A stretch of 64,000 nucleotides of DNA from a candidate division WS6 bacterium GW2011_GWF2_39_15 (GTDB taxonomy: Bacteria; Patescibacteriota; Dojkabacteria; SC72). The translations under genes were made by a program, and so were the position numbers. The notes below the pieces were generated by a model, which saw nothing but the letters and a program-made list of their open reading frames with translations, was not told where the DNA came from and did no database searches. Positions 1-9,192 of the stretch are shown piece after piece (position 1 is the first letter of the stretch; every line of letters starts with the position of its first letter). The stretch spans positions 4,121-68,120 of the forward strand of contig LBWK01000002.1 in assembly GCA_000993565.1 (NCBI GenBank), in the 5' to 3' direction.

Positions 1-654
1 TTGGCGGGATTCTTCCTCTTTGCTCTTTTTGTTTCGTTATATCTTTTGCTGGTTAGTAAAAAGGAGAGGCGGTTAATTCCGTTATCCATTGCGGTAATAT
101 CTTCTATTTTTATAATCTTTACATTTGCTCGTTTAAGTATCTTTCTTACCGTTCTTATTTGGCTGGTATTTTTTATGTATAAAGCGTGGGAATTGAGAAA
201 AGCTAATTTCTCCATTCTTCCGCTTTTCTTTGAAAGGTCGTTGAATCTGTTTACCTCTGCCGACACCAGTATTCAGGACCGGGTATCTTTGCTGAAAGCC
301 TCTTTTGATATGATTAAGAGGGATCCGTTAGGGATTGGAAGTTCACAGTTTGTGGCAAATCTTAAGGATTATAGCTTGTATACATCCTCGGGGATTACTC
401 TCTTGCAGCCTGTACATAATATTTTTACCCTGGTTTTGGTTGAACACGGTTTTATTGGAGGTCTTGGGCTAATTGTTCTTTTGGGTGCATTGTTCTTCGG
501 GAAATTATTCTCAACTAAAGGAATATATAGATTTGTGACGATTGGAGCAGGGATTCTTTTTGTAAGCATAGGAATGTTTGACCACTACCTGATAACCTTG
601 CCGCAGGGGTTGGTTTTCACTTCTTTATTTGTGTCTCTCCTACAGAAGGATTAG
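1..654 (+). CDS. O-antigen ligase (Wzy_C) family membrane protein, 5'-truncated by window edge
   Basis: Multiple TM segments; TFAR motif, S-x-x-x-R...PLGIG loop and QPVHNIF..LVEHGFIG motif typical of O-antigen ligases. Confidence 0.8.
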   Translation: MAGFFLFALFVSLYLLLVSKKERRLIPLSIAVISSIFIIFTFARLSIFLTVLIWLVFFMYKAWELRKANFSILPLFFERSLNLFTSADTSIQDRVSLLKASFDMIKRDPLGIGSSQFVANLKDYSLYTSSGITLLQPVHNIFTLVLVEHGFIGGLGLIVLLGALFFGKLFSTKGIYRFVTIGAGILFVSIGMFDHYLITLPQGLVFTSLFVSLLQKD

Positions 655-1637
655 AGGATCTTAGTGAGAAGATATAGCAGATAGATTCCAACGATCACAA
701 TCCCGGAGACTCTGCTTAATGCCTTATTCCCTCCCAAAAGCTTCATCTCTATTAGGATGATTATAAGAATTATGAAATTGTAGATATTTGTGAAGTATAT
801 ATCTGCAATTGCTTCGTTATCCAACTTGAGGCTGTGAAAAACAGCCGGCAGACCGATCCCTATTCCCAGGTTGATAATATTTCCTCCGAATACATTCCCA
901 AGAATGATGTCGATATACCCTTTCTTTGCTGCCTGAATAGAGGCTACAATTGTTGGTAACGAGGTCCCGATACCCACGAGAGTTAGGCCGATTATATACG
1001 GGCTTACTCCCAGTGATGTGGCGAGTATAGGGGCTGAATACGTTAAAGAAAATGCGGCAAGAATGAGAATAATCATTCCTGATAGGATGGAGAGTATAAT
1101 TTTGGCTGTGTTTGTTTGTCCGGGGTTTGGTATATCCATTTCTGCCTTTTTAACATCTGATTTTCTTTCTCTGGATGAATATTGAAAGATGATTAAAGCT
1201 ATCATTGCGTAGGCGATTAGTATTAGAAAACCCTCAGGCTGTGAAATGTCGGCATTTGCTGCAAATGCCGTTACAAGTGCTGTTATTGCTAGATACAGAG
1301 GAATTTCTTTCTCAAATACATTATATTTAGTGATTATATCTGTAAGGAAAGCAGGGATCCCTAATGCAAGGCCTAAGTTTACGTAATTGGTTCCGACCAT
1401 ATTTCCTATAGCGATGTCTATGTTGAAAGGGTCGAAAAATACTATGGCAATGCTAACAGCAATTGTTGGAAGAATTCCTCCAAAGGCGACAATTGTGGAT
1501 CCGATTACTAATGGACTTAGCTTGAACCTTTTGGCAATTCCTATTGCTCCGTTTAAAACAAGGTTGGAAGCAAATATCAGGAAGAAGAGACTTCCAAGTG
1601 TTAACAGCAGGTTTATGATCAGCAGAGAGTTTAACAT
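651..1637 (-). CDS. Ca2+/Na+ (YrbG-like) cation antiporter
   Basis: Two alpha repeats (IGSTIVAFGGILP...AIGNMVGTNYVN; IGLTLVGIGTSLP...ILGNVFGGNIIN), about 10 TMs. Confidence 0.85.
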   Translation of the reverse strand: MLNSLLIINLLLTLGSLFFLIFASNLVLNGAIGIAKRFKLSPLVIGSTIVAFGGILPTIAVSIAIVFFDPFNIDIAIGNMVGTNYVNLGLALGIPAFLTDIITKYNVFEKEIPLYLAITALVTAFAANADISQPEGFLILIAYAMIALIIFQYSSRERKSDVKKAEMDIPNPGQTNTAKIILSILSGMIILILAAFSLTYSAPILATSLGVSPYIIGLTLVGIGTSLPTIVASIQAAKKGYIDIILGNVFGGNIINLGIGIGLPAVFHSLKLDNEAIADIYFTNIYNFIILIIILIEMKLLGGNKALSRVSGIVIVGIYLLYLLTKIL

Positions 1638-1666
1638 GATGAGCTATTTTAGCAAAAGCTTTGGCT

Positions 1667-2107
1667 TTAGTTAACAGGTCTCTTTATTTTCTTTATATCT
1701 TTTACTGATAGCCAGGATGCCTGAGTTCCGTATCCCGTTTTATCTATCTGAAACGGGCGAATAGCTTTCGGATCTTTAAGGTGGATTATAATTGCATATC
1801 TTTTCCCTTTTATGTGTTCTTCTATTTCTTGAGAAATTCCTGTAGTCCCCAAGTCTTTTGCACTGAACCTTTTAATGAGGGTTTGTCTCTGCTTCTCGTT
1901 TAAGTCTTCAAACTGTTCAACTTTGGATATGGTAGCCTTGAGCGTAACGGGTTTGCCTGAATCTTTGAAGAAGATCGTTTCTCCTGCCTTAAGAAAGTTC
2001 CAAGGGCGGGCTTTATTTTTGTACCATCTGGTTTCTATAATCTTTTCTCGTGAGAGTATCTTCTGAGTTAAACCCCAGGATTTTCTCATTATTGCAATGT
2101 GCTGCAT
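1667..2107 (-). CDS. ASCH/PUA-like domain protein
   Basis: N-terminal H-x-A-I-M...KILSREKIIETR...P...LKAGETIFFK pattern of the ASCH fold. Confidence 0.7.
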   Translation of the reverse strand: MQHIAIMRKSWGLTQKILSREKIIETRWYKNKARPWNFLKAGETIFFKDSGKPVTLKATISKVEQFEDLNEKQRQTLIKRFSAKDLGTTGISQEIEEHIKGKRYAIIIHLKDPKAIRPFQIDKTGYGTQASWLSVKDIKKIKRPVN

Positions 2108-2108
2108 T

Positions 2109-2411
2109 CTATTTCACAATACTGTTTAACCAGTCCTTGAACTCTCCCCTTACTTTTTCTATCTCTATCATTCCTACGAAGTTTGTATAATCTATGTGGC
2201 TCTTAATAATCTTCTCAATCTCCTCGTACTTCTCCTCTTTTGTTTTAATTATTAATACTACCTCGGGTTCCTCAGTCACCTTACCTTCCCACTTGTAGAT
2301 ACATGTAATGGGGAAAAAGTTTACACAGTTTGCCAGGTCCTTATTCAGGAGTTCATTTCCTATTTCCCTCGCCTCTTCGTTATTGTTAAGGGTTACATAT
2401 ATAATTTTCAT
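2109..2411 (-). CDS. cutA: Divalent-cation tolerance protein CutA
   Basis: IYVT...EEAREIG..LL..DLANCVN...I.CIYKWEG.V.EEPEV.LIIKT signature, 100 aa. Confidence 0.9.
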   Translation of the reverse strand: MKIIYVTLNNNEEAREIGNELLNKDLANCVNFFPITCIYKWEGKVTEEPEVVLIIKTKEEKYEEIEKIIKSHIDYTNFVGMIEIEKVRGEFKDWLNSIVK

Positions 2412-2412
2412 C

Positions 2413-3129
2413 TTAAGGGAATAACAAGTTAGTTACTTCTGTTAAACTGTTTACAGAGACCGTTCCTTCGGGAAGTTCACCTGTTCTATAGACCTTCCAT
2501 CCATCTTCCCTGTTTACCCATATTAACTTTCTGAAACCTACCTCATAAGTTGAAATAATGTCTCCTTTGATATTGTCCCCTATTACATATGTTTTATCTA
2601 TATCTAATCCCATATGCTTAATTGCCTTTAACCAGTCTTTCCCGCTTTTGAACTTATTCGGAGTAACGTCTTCTATGTGTGTGAAGTATTTATCAAGCCC
2701 GGTAACCTTTAGCTTAAAGTTTATCCATCTTCTAAAGGCATGTGATACTAACCCTATCTTAATTCCCTCGCCGTTGCATCTATCCAGTAGTTCAAAACTT
2801 CCCTCCCTTACTCTTGGAACCGTTTTATACACTGTGAAGAATATCTCTGTACATTTGTTCACAATGCTTTGCGGAAGGGAGTACTTCTTCTGAAGAACGC
2901 CTATATTCATTGGCCAGTATCTATGAGGGTTGATCTTGGCGATTTGGTAGTTTGCTACAAAAGCTTCATCTAGAAGTGTTGAAATTGTCTCGTATTTATC
3001 TTTAGAGTAATCCGCCACCAACTGCTTTACCTTTGTTAACTGGCGGGTGAATATCGAATGAGTTTCTATGAGTGTGTCATCAAGGTCAAAAAGGATTGCA
3101 TTAAAGTCTTTATTCATAGTTATCACCAA
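2413..3129 (-). CDS. HAD-superfamily hydrolase (YjjG-like phosphatase/nucleotidase)
   Basis: Motif I FDLDDTL, motif II LVSH, motif III K, motif IV IGDNIKGDI; start may be M at 3117. Confidence 0.85.
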   Translation of the reverse strand: MVITMNKDFNAILFDLDDTLIETHSIFTRQLTKVKQLVADYSKDKYETISTLLDEAFVANYQIAKINPHRYWPMNIGVLQKKYSLPQSIVNKCTEIFFTVYKTVPRVREGSFELLDRCNGEGIKIGLVSHAFRRWINFKLKVTGLDKYFTHIEDVTPNKFKSGKDWLKAIKHMGLDIDKTYVIGDNIKGDIISTYEVGFRKLIWVNREDGWKVYRTGELPEGTVSVNSLTEVTNLLFP

Positions 3130-3629
3130 ATGTATGTATCAAGTAGGTCAAGGGGATAACGGGTTCCTTTATTGTACCTTTCAAATTCAATAAGTAGTTG
3201 CTTGCTTTGCAGTTGTACATTCCCTTTGAGTATTTCAGATAATGGAACCCAGACTGCATCCTTGATCTCAGGGTCGGTATGGGTTTTCCTTCTACCCGGT
3301 TTAATATCCCCTGTGAAAATAACTCTTAGAAATTCTTCATCTTCAGGACCGGGCTCTCTTTGGAATAATCCTAAAATCCCGTTTAGCTCTATTCTATAGC
3401 CTGTTTCTTCAAGAGCCTCTCTTATCACAGTTTCTTTAATCTTTTCGCTCCATAATACCTTCCCCCCGGGAATCCCTGCGCCGGGATACTTGCTTTTGTG
3501 AGTCCTGCAGAGCAAAACATTGCCCTCTTTTTCTAATATTACACCTGAAAAAACTAAAAACCTTGAAGTCATCCTTCCGCGTGGAATCTCAGTAAGCTTT
3601 TTATACTGCTGTGCAGTTATATATCGCAT
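3123..3629 (-). CDS. NUDIX hydrolase
   Basis: Nudix box PGGKVLWSEKIKETVIREALEETG. Confidence 0.9.
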   Translation of the reverse strand: MRYITAQQYKKLTEIPRGRMTSRFLVFSGVILEKEGNVLLCRTHKSKYPGAGIPGGKVLWSEKIKETVIREALEETGYRIELNGILGLFQREPGPEDEEFLRVIFTGDIKPGRRKTHTDPEIKDAVWVPLSEILKGNVQLQSKQLLIEFERYNKGTRYPLDLLDTYIW

Positions 3630-3635
3630 TAGAAA

Positions 3636-4037
3636 TTATAGCACAGAGCCCTGCTCGGGCTGAATGGACTTCTTTTGAAGGATATACCCGATACCCATTG
3701 TTATAGCTGGAATTACCAGGTATGTAAGACCGATGTCCTTAAAGTACTCCCCTACTGACATAGCCCATGGTCCTTTCATGAAGATGAGACAGTCAATTCC
3801 GATATTAACAAGGAAGAAAACGAGACCGAGAAAAATTCCTTCTTTGAGGAATCTTCCCCCTACTCCCTTGAAATATACAATTGAAAGAATCATTGTCGTT
3901 AATACTACAGTGACTGGCATTATAGATTCAAAAAATGGTCGATCACTTTCCCTAAGAGGAAATATCATAAATGCGACTACAAAAGGAACCAGCCAGAGAA
4001 TCAGAGAAAGAAGGAATGCTTGTTTTATAGATTTCAT
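3636..4037 (-). CDS. Hypothetical 4-TM membrane protein
   Basis: 133-aa ORF with four hydrophobic segments; FESIM and YFKDIGLTY blocks look conserved. Confidence 0.7.
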   Translation of the reverse strand: MKSIKQAFLLSLILWLVPFVVAFMIFPLRESDRPFFESIMPVTVVLTTMILSIVYFKGVGGRFLKEGIFLGLVFFLVNIGIDCLIFMKGPWAMSVGEYFKDIGLTYLVIPAITMGIGYILQKKSIQPEQGSVL

Positions 4038-4077
4038 AGAATGATATTAGTTTATGGGATGATTAAAATCAATATGA

Positions 4078-4191
4078 TTATGACCAAAGAGTCTCAGATT
4101 GGATTTTTTGATTGTTGAACTCTCCAACGATTTTAGGGCTCCAATATTCATTAAAGAGTGAAAGTTTTTGTGCAATATTTACTCCTGACAT
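4078..4191 (-). pseudogene. Truncated cupin (mannose-6-phosphate-isomerase-like) gene remnant
   Basis: Manual translation MSGVNIAQKLSLFNEYWSPKIVGEFNNQKIQSETLWS*; matches the N-terminus of small cupins (N..KL.LF.E.WSPKIVGE.N.Q) but stops before the metal-binding HxH motif. Confidence 0.65.
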
Positions 4192-4211
4192 AGTTGTAAT
4201 GATTAAATATA

Positions 4212-4301
4212 TGGCGGAGAGGACAGGATTCGAACCTGCGGTACATTTTCATGTACGAACGCTTTCCAAGCGTTTCCTTTCGACCACTCAGGCACCTCTC
4301 C
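4212..4301 (-). tRNA. tRNA-Ser(GGA)
   Basis: Reverse complement GGAGAGGTGCCTGAGTGGTCGAAAGGAAACGCTTGGAAAGCGTTCGTACATGAAAATGTACCGCAGGTTCGAATCCTGTCCTCTCCGCCA: acceptor stem, GGA anticodon, long variable arm, TTCGAAT T-loop, G discriminator, encoded CCA. Confidence 0.97.
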
Positions 4302-4352
4302 ATAAAATACCCTGTATTATACACTTACACTTATGAAATATGATAGAGATCT

Positions 4353-6350
4353 CTAGTTGAATATCTCTTTAACCGTTATTAATATTCTTCCCTGTCTTTC
4401 CGGGAAGTATCTTAAAAATTCAGGGAAGTATTTAGGAGAAAACTCAACCTCTGTAGCTTTATCAGTATACTTCTTTGCTTTTAGTATCTTGCTCCCGTCC
4501 TTCCAGTTCTTACCCTTTATCTCTTTTATTATCTCATTTTTGTCTATTTTAGGCTTTACTTCTCCTTTTGCGACTACTTTAATCTTGATGCTGTTGCCTT
4601 TTACTTCTTCAACAGTGATCTCTTTCTGAATATTTTCATCCAATTCAAGATTAATATCCCCTTCCGTTTCAAAAAGATTTTGGTCTTGCGCCGATTTAGT
4701 TAATACTTCGTCCATTTTCGCTTCAATCTCTCCTTTTTTGAAATACATTGCGTTTCCTTTCATCTCAATTGTAACATTGACTACCTCAGCTTCGGCTCCG
4801 ACCGGAATATCCGATTTAGGGTTTCCATCAATGGCTGTTTTTAGTGTTGATGTGATTATTTCCCACCCGTTTTCCGTCCTACCGGCCAGTTCATCTTTTA
4901 ACTCCTTCTCTGTGCCTGTCTTAAGGCTTTTGACAATTTTATCCATGTCTGATTGAGAAAATACAGTATATTCTTCCTTCGATCCTCCAGTAAAGGCTCC
5001 GGTATTTTCCGCACTAAGCTCAGTGCTTGGATTATATCCTGTTACTGTGAACGCATTCCCTCCTGCCAGGTTATACTCTTCCCCTACCAGTGCCGCTCTA
5101 ACTGCGACATTCTCCTTGATGAAGAGTCCGCCCTCTCCTATTGTTACATCATTGGAAATTTCGTATTTAAGACCTCCTGATGATGTGAGTATTGTTCCGG
5201 CACTTAGTGTTACTGTAGGTTTTTCAGGAGATACACCCCAGTATTTTAGAGTGACAACCCCTTCCGCTTTATTTCCCCTGAATGCTTTACCTGTTGGAGT
5301 TGCCGTCCCTGCAGCCGTTTTACTCGCTTCCTCTTTCTTTACAGGAACAATACTATTTTCGTAATTAAACTCATTGGCTTTAATGTCACCATTAAAAATC
5401 TTTTCAACTGAAACGGGCTTACTCTCTATATATATCTTGGCTTTTACAAGTGGTGTCAGTTCGTAAATGAGCCATAAAGTTATAACAAGAGCTGCAAAGA
5501 GAGGTGCGAGAACCCTTATCAAGATCTTTTTTGAAGTGGAACTTGCAAGACCTGTGCTTAGTTTCTTAAAGAATCCTAAAATTGGTGACCCGTTTTGTGG
5601 CAGTCCTTTGACTTTTACTGGTGTAATTTTTTGGGCGGGGGTAATCTCAGCAGGCTCTTCATCTGTTGGCAAGGTGGTCATAAAAGCAATATCCCTTCCT
5701 ATTAGTGAAGGGTTTCCGGTTTTAATTGGTTTCTTTACAGGCTGGGTTAATGGCCTTGCTTCTTGAATATCCTCATCAAGGACTAATTCGAAGCCATCTT
5801 GCTGAATAACTTTTCCGGCTTTATTGTCCATGGAGTTTCGAGACCTCTCTATCGTTTCCTCGATTTTCTTTTGAAAGTCTGACTTCTCCTTTTCTACAAA
5901 TACTTCATTGCTGGGCGGTTTTATGGATCTCTCCTCTTTATTTTCAATTACCTCTTCGATTGGTTTATATCTGATATTTGAGCTATGAAGTTTTTCATCT
6001 CTTCTCTTTGTTCTTCTATTAAGACCCTTCTCTGATTCGTTCCAGTACTCGTCTAATATTGTTCCGGTTGCTTCAGTAACAGTCATTCCCGCCTCTTTGG
6101 CATTGCGTACTCCTACAGGGTTTTGTATAACTTGTGCTATTAAAGCCTTTCCTTTCTCGTCTGCACTGTCTAAAAGGACTTTCAGGTTTATAGGGCTGAT
6201 TAATATGTCGGTGGGGTCAGTAAAAGTGAGGATTATTTTGTCGGCATCTGATGAGTTAATCTTATTTATTATATCAATCAAATCATCATCTCTGCTTACA
6301 ACAAACTTCTCAATCTCTGATTTTATTTCTCTTACGTTTTCTCTATTCAT
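4353..6350 (-). CDS. Membrane-anchored protein with extracellular baseplate J/gp47-like domain
   Basis: N-terminal globular domain, charged/Pro-rich linker, single TM (LAPLFAALVITLWLIY), then KAEGVVTL...TLSAGTILTS.GGLKYE...VAVRAALVGEEYNL...AFTGGS baseplate-J-like pattern; ATG at 6350 overlaps the upstream stop. Confidence 0.7.
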   Translation of the reverse strand: MNRENVREIKSEIEKFVVSRDDDLIDIINKINSSDADKIILTFTDPTDILISPINLKVLLDSADEKGKALIAQVIQNPVGVRNAKEAGMTVTEATGTILDEYWNESEKGLNRRTKRRDEKLHSSNIRYKPIEEVIENKEERSIKPPSNEVFVEKEKSDFQKKIEETIERSRNSMDNKAGKVIQQDGFELVLDEDIQEARPLTQPVKKPIKTGNPSLIGRDIAFMTTLPTDEEPAEITPAQKITPVKVKGLPQNGSPILGFFKKLSTGLASSTSKKILIRVLAPLFAALVITLWLIYELTPLVKAKIYIESKPVSVEKIFNGDIKANEFNYENSIVPVKKEEASKTAAGTATPTGKAFRGNKAEGVVTLKYWGVSPEKPTVTLSAGTILTSSGGLKYEISNDVTIGEGGLFIKENVAVRAALVGEEYNLAGGNAFTVTGYNPSTELSAENTGAFTGGSKEEYTVFSQSDMDKIVKSLKTGTEKELKDELAGRTENGWEIITSTLKTAIDGNPKSDIPVGAEAEVVNVTIEMKGNAMYFKKGEIEAKMDEVLTKSAQDQNLFETEGDINLELDENIQKEITVEEVKGNSIKIKVVAKGEVKPKIDKNEIIKEIKGKNWKDGSKILKAKKYTDKATEVEFSPKYFPEFLRYFPERQGRILITVKEIFN

Positions 6351-7596
6351 TTTTCGTATTAAACTTCTTACTGTCACTTATTTTATCAAGGGCAAAGAGA
6401 GTTAGCGATGCCGGAGTTATGTCATAGGTATATTTTAGCTCTTTGCTTTCGTCGGTGATTCTTGAAAGTCTGTTAGGGTATATAATTTCTATTCTAGGAA
6501 CTGAGGCAAAAGGTAGTAATTTAGTCCATGGGAATTCCATCATCACTTCTTTGATTTCAGGGAGGAGTGATCCTCCTCCGCAAAGATAGATCCTGCTCGG
6601 GAATGAGTCTCGTTCCTCAGCCGCTTCCAAAGCGGACTTAAGCGTTTTCATCCATACTTGTGCAGTTGGGTATGTAACTTTTTTCACCTGGCGTTCCAGT
6701 TTGCTATCCAATGTCTTTTCTGCGTATTTGATTTTTCGCAGTTCTGCATGTCTATAGTCTAGATTCAGTTCTTTAGCTATCTGTTTTGTAAATACACGTC
6801 CTCCAAATGCGAACATTTGAGTATCTACAACGCTTCCTCTTTGGACTACCGCAACATCAGTTGTGCCTCCTCCTATGTCTACAAATATCCCGGAAAACTC
6901 CTTGGCTCTTGCTCCCTGAAATGCTCTTGCGACGGCAAATGGTTGTGAGACAATTCCTAAAAGGTTTATCGAGAGGGACTTTGATACATTCTGTAGAGCC
7001 GAAGTATATGTTTTTGGAGCGAATGAAGCATAGAAATATAGTTTAACATCTTTGCCTCGGAATCCGACGAGTGAATCGACACTCATCCCCCCTATTTCCA
7101 TCCCGGTTATTGTTACATGAAGAATATCTATATCATCGTTTACCAGTCCCGTTCTCTTGGCTAGGTCCTCTTTCCCTGATTCGAGTATTTTATTGTGGAT
7201 TCTTGATATGATCTCAGCCTGCTCTTTTGGAGTGACCTCTTGTTCATGCTTCTGCTCTCTCTCGTAGTTCACAATTATTGAAACGCCTTGTATATACTCA
7301 CCCGCAATTCCCATCACGACATGTTTCGGGTGTCTATCAACGTCTATTCCATCCATGATCTCTCTCATTGCCAGTCGGCAGTTTTCCAGAACCGTATTTA
7401 GGTTCGTAATAATCCCTTTGTCCATAGCATTTTGCTGCTGCTGTATACGAGATACTTTTTCAACAATAATTTCCCCCTCTTTTATGGTAAAGAGGATGGC
7501 TTTTAGAACCTCAGTCCCGATATCAAGGGCAACTATTCTTTCGCCCGGTTGAATTTTTTGTTGTGATTTTTTGAACAGATTAGGCAGTGTAATCAT
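6343..7596 (-). CDS. FtsA-like actin-fold ATPase
   Basis: Phosphate-1 ALDIGT, phosphate-2 VDIGGGTTD, adenosine LCGGGSLL motifs; 1C-like insertion; no adjacent ftsZ. Confidence 0.85.
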   Translation of the reverse strand: MITLPNLFKKSQQKIQPGERIVALDIGTEVLKAILFTIKEGEIIVEKVSRIQQQQNAMDKGIITNLNTVLENCRLAMREIMDGIDVDRHPKHVVMGIAGEYIQGVSIIVNYEREQKHEQEVTPKEQAEIISRIHNKILESGKEDLAKRTGLVNDDIDILHVTITGMEIGGMSVDSLVGFRGKDVKLYFYASFAPKTYTSALQNVSKSLSINLLGIVSQPFAVARAFQGARAKEFSGIFVDIGGGTTDVAVVQRGSVVDTQMFAFGGRVFTKQIAKELNLDYRHAELRKIKYAEKTLDSKLERQVKKVTYPTAQVWMKTLKSALEAAEERDSFPSRIYLCGGGSLLPEIKEVMMEFPWTKLLPFASVPRIEIIYPNRLSRITDESKELKYTYDITPASLTLFALDKISDSKKFNTKNE

Positions 7597-7610
7597 ATGT
7601 AATTAGTATA

Positions 7611-9188
7611 TCATTTTTTTATTGAGACTTTCTCTGTAGCGTAGTGGTTCTTCTTAATGGTTTTACCAATCATCATCTCTGTCTGTGCCTGGACAAAAGG
7701 TATAAAGGCAAAGGTTAACATGTTTACTGTTACTAAAAGGGTTTCAACCATATCCAGGAACTTTCTGAAGAGACCCCACTCTTTAGGAAGGGGGGAAAGT
7801 TTGAGTCTGATTATATATATGGGGATGTTAAAAAACATAACCGAGGTTAGTATCAGGCTCATTATTTTGGGTAGATTGTAGGAGGCTGAACTGTATTGGA
7901 ACTCCGGGCTTACTAATGTGAGAATCGGAAGACCAAGCGTGAGGAGGTAGACGACAGTTCGGAAAATGAGCCTATCGTCAAACATAGCCATTGTTATTTT
8001 GATCCTTTTTGATAGAGGGATATTCTTATTCTTATACATTCCGGCAAAAGTCATTGGGAAAACTATTCCTCCCCATCCCCATCTGAGCTGTTGTTTGTAT
8101 AGAGACTTATGAGTTTTAACATAGGTATCATTTTCAACTGCGTCATTGTATGTTGGGATGTATACCTCTTCACCTGCAAAATCTCCGTTGAAACGAATGA
8201 GAGCATTGTAGTAGAAAGCGGTGTCGTCGTTTGGAATTTGTGGATCCCAGTACCCTACATCTTCAACGGTTTGGAGATTTGCGACATATGAGGACCAGGT
8301 CTCATTTATCTTTTTATGGAATACCCACTGGTTTAGTACTGCTAATGTTAAGAAGTTGGAAAAGGTTCGGATCAAGGTCGGGACACGGTATAGATTATTA
8401 TTAAAGGTATGAATACCTGTTGCGTAGAACTTTCTTAAGGGATTAATATCCGTTAAATATTTGTAGGTAATAGCGGATAAATATTTAGGATGAGGTCGTA
8501 AATCATTATCGCAGGTAATAAGAAGGTACTCATCAAGCCGTTCCTCTCTTTTTCTCACTCTTAAGCTGAAGTGTCTGCCTGCCCAGTTTATATTAGGGTT
8601 TTTAACTCCTGCTACTTCACCCTCAATATCAGCAGGGTGATAATATTTCACAACCTCCCTGAAATACTTTCCGTACTTTTCTTCAAGAATTGCTATGGTT
8701 TCAGAACTTTCCTCTTTGTATTTGCCTTCCAGCGCGAATACAAGAGATAGTTTCTGAGCCCCTACATCCTGCTTGCTCCACGCTTTTATTGAAGGCTCAA
8801 GCACTTCCAAGCCCTCTTTTACCACAGGACAGATAAAGACATATTTTACCTCTTTATACGGAAGTTGTTCCTTTTTCATTCTTTCTATCCAGTCTATCTT
8901 CATCTCCCTTCCCATTCTCATGTATCCGAGTGTAATTGCGACTACAAACTTAAGACCGCGAAGGGCCCAATATACGGTAAGGAAGGCTATATATATGACG
9001 AGGATTTCCGGGTATCCGGTTAACCCCACAACAAAAGGAAGAAGCAGGAAAAACCAAGTCACTAAACCGGGAATAGCTTCGAATATTTTGGTATACCATC
9101 TGGGAACATTTAACGGGTATCCATTAAATCGGTCTTTGAGTTTAACGTCTTCAGGATTTAATGTCTCTTGCGGAGTCCCTACGTCCAT
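7611..9188 (-). CDS. Processive family-2 glycosyltransferase, membrane-bound
   Basis: CDND (DxD), NDDT and QQLRW (QxxRW) motifs with N- and C-terminal TMs. Confidence 0.8.
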   Translation of the reverse strand: MDVGTPQETLNPEDVKLKDRFNGYPLNVPRWYTKIFEAIPGLVTWFFLLLPFVVGLTGYPEILVIYIAFLTVYWALRGLKFVVAITLGYMRMGREMKIDWIERMKKEQLPYKEVKYVFICPVVKEGLEVLEPSIKAWSKQDVGAQKLSLVFALEGKYKEESSETIAILEEKYGKYFREVVKYYHPADIEGEVAGVKNPNINWAGRHFSLRVRKREERLDEYLLITCDNDLRPHPKYLSAITYKYLTDINPLRKFYATGIHTFNNNLYRVPTLIRTFSNFLTLAVLNQWVFHKKINETWSSYVANLQTVEDVGYWDPQIPNDDTAFYYNALIRFNGDFAGEEVYIPTYNDAVENDTYVKTHKSLYKQQLRWGWGGIVFPMTFAGMYKNKNIPLSKRIKITMAMFDDRLIFRTVVYLLTLGLPILTLVSPEFQYSSASYNLPKIMSLILTSVMFFNIPIYIIRLKLSPLPKEWGLFRKFLDMVETLLVTVNMLTFAFIPFVQAQTEMMIGKTIKKNHYATEKVSIKK

Positions 9189-9192
9189 TTCT

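Noticed and set aside
4112-4336. 74-aa plus-strand ORF
   Set aside because: It is the antisense of tRNA-Ser and the cupin remnant.
4353-6350. Prophage or contractile injection system suggested by the baseplate-J-like domain
   Set aside because: No sheath, tube, spike, terminase or integrase genes nearby, and the protein is TM-anchored in a housekeeping context.
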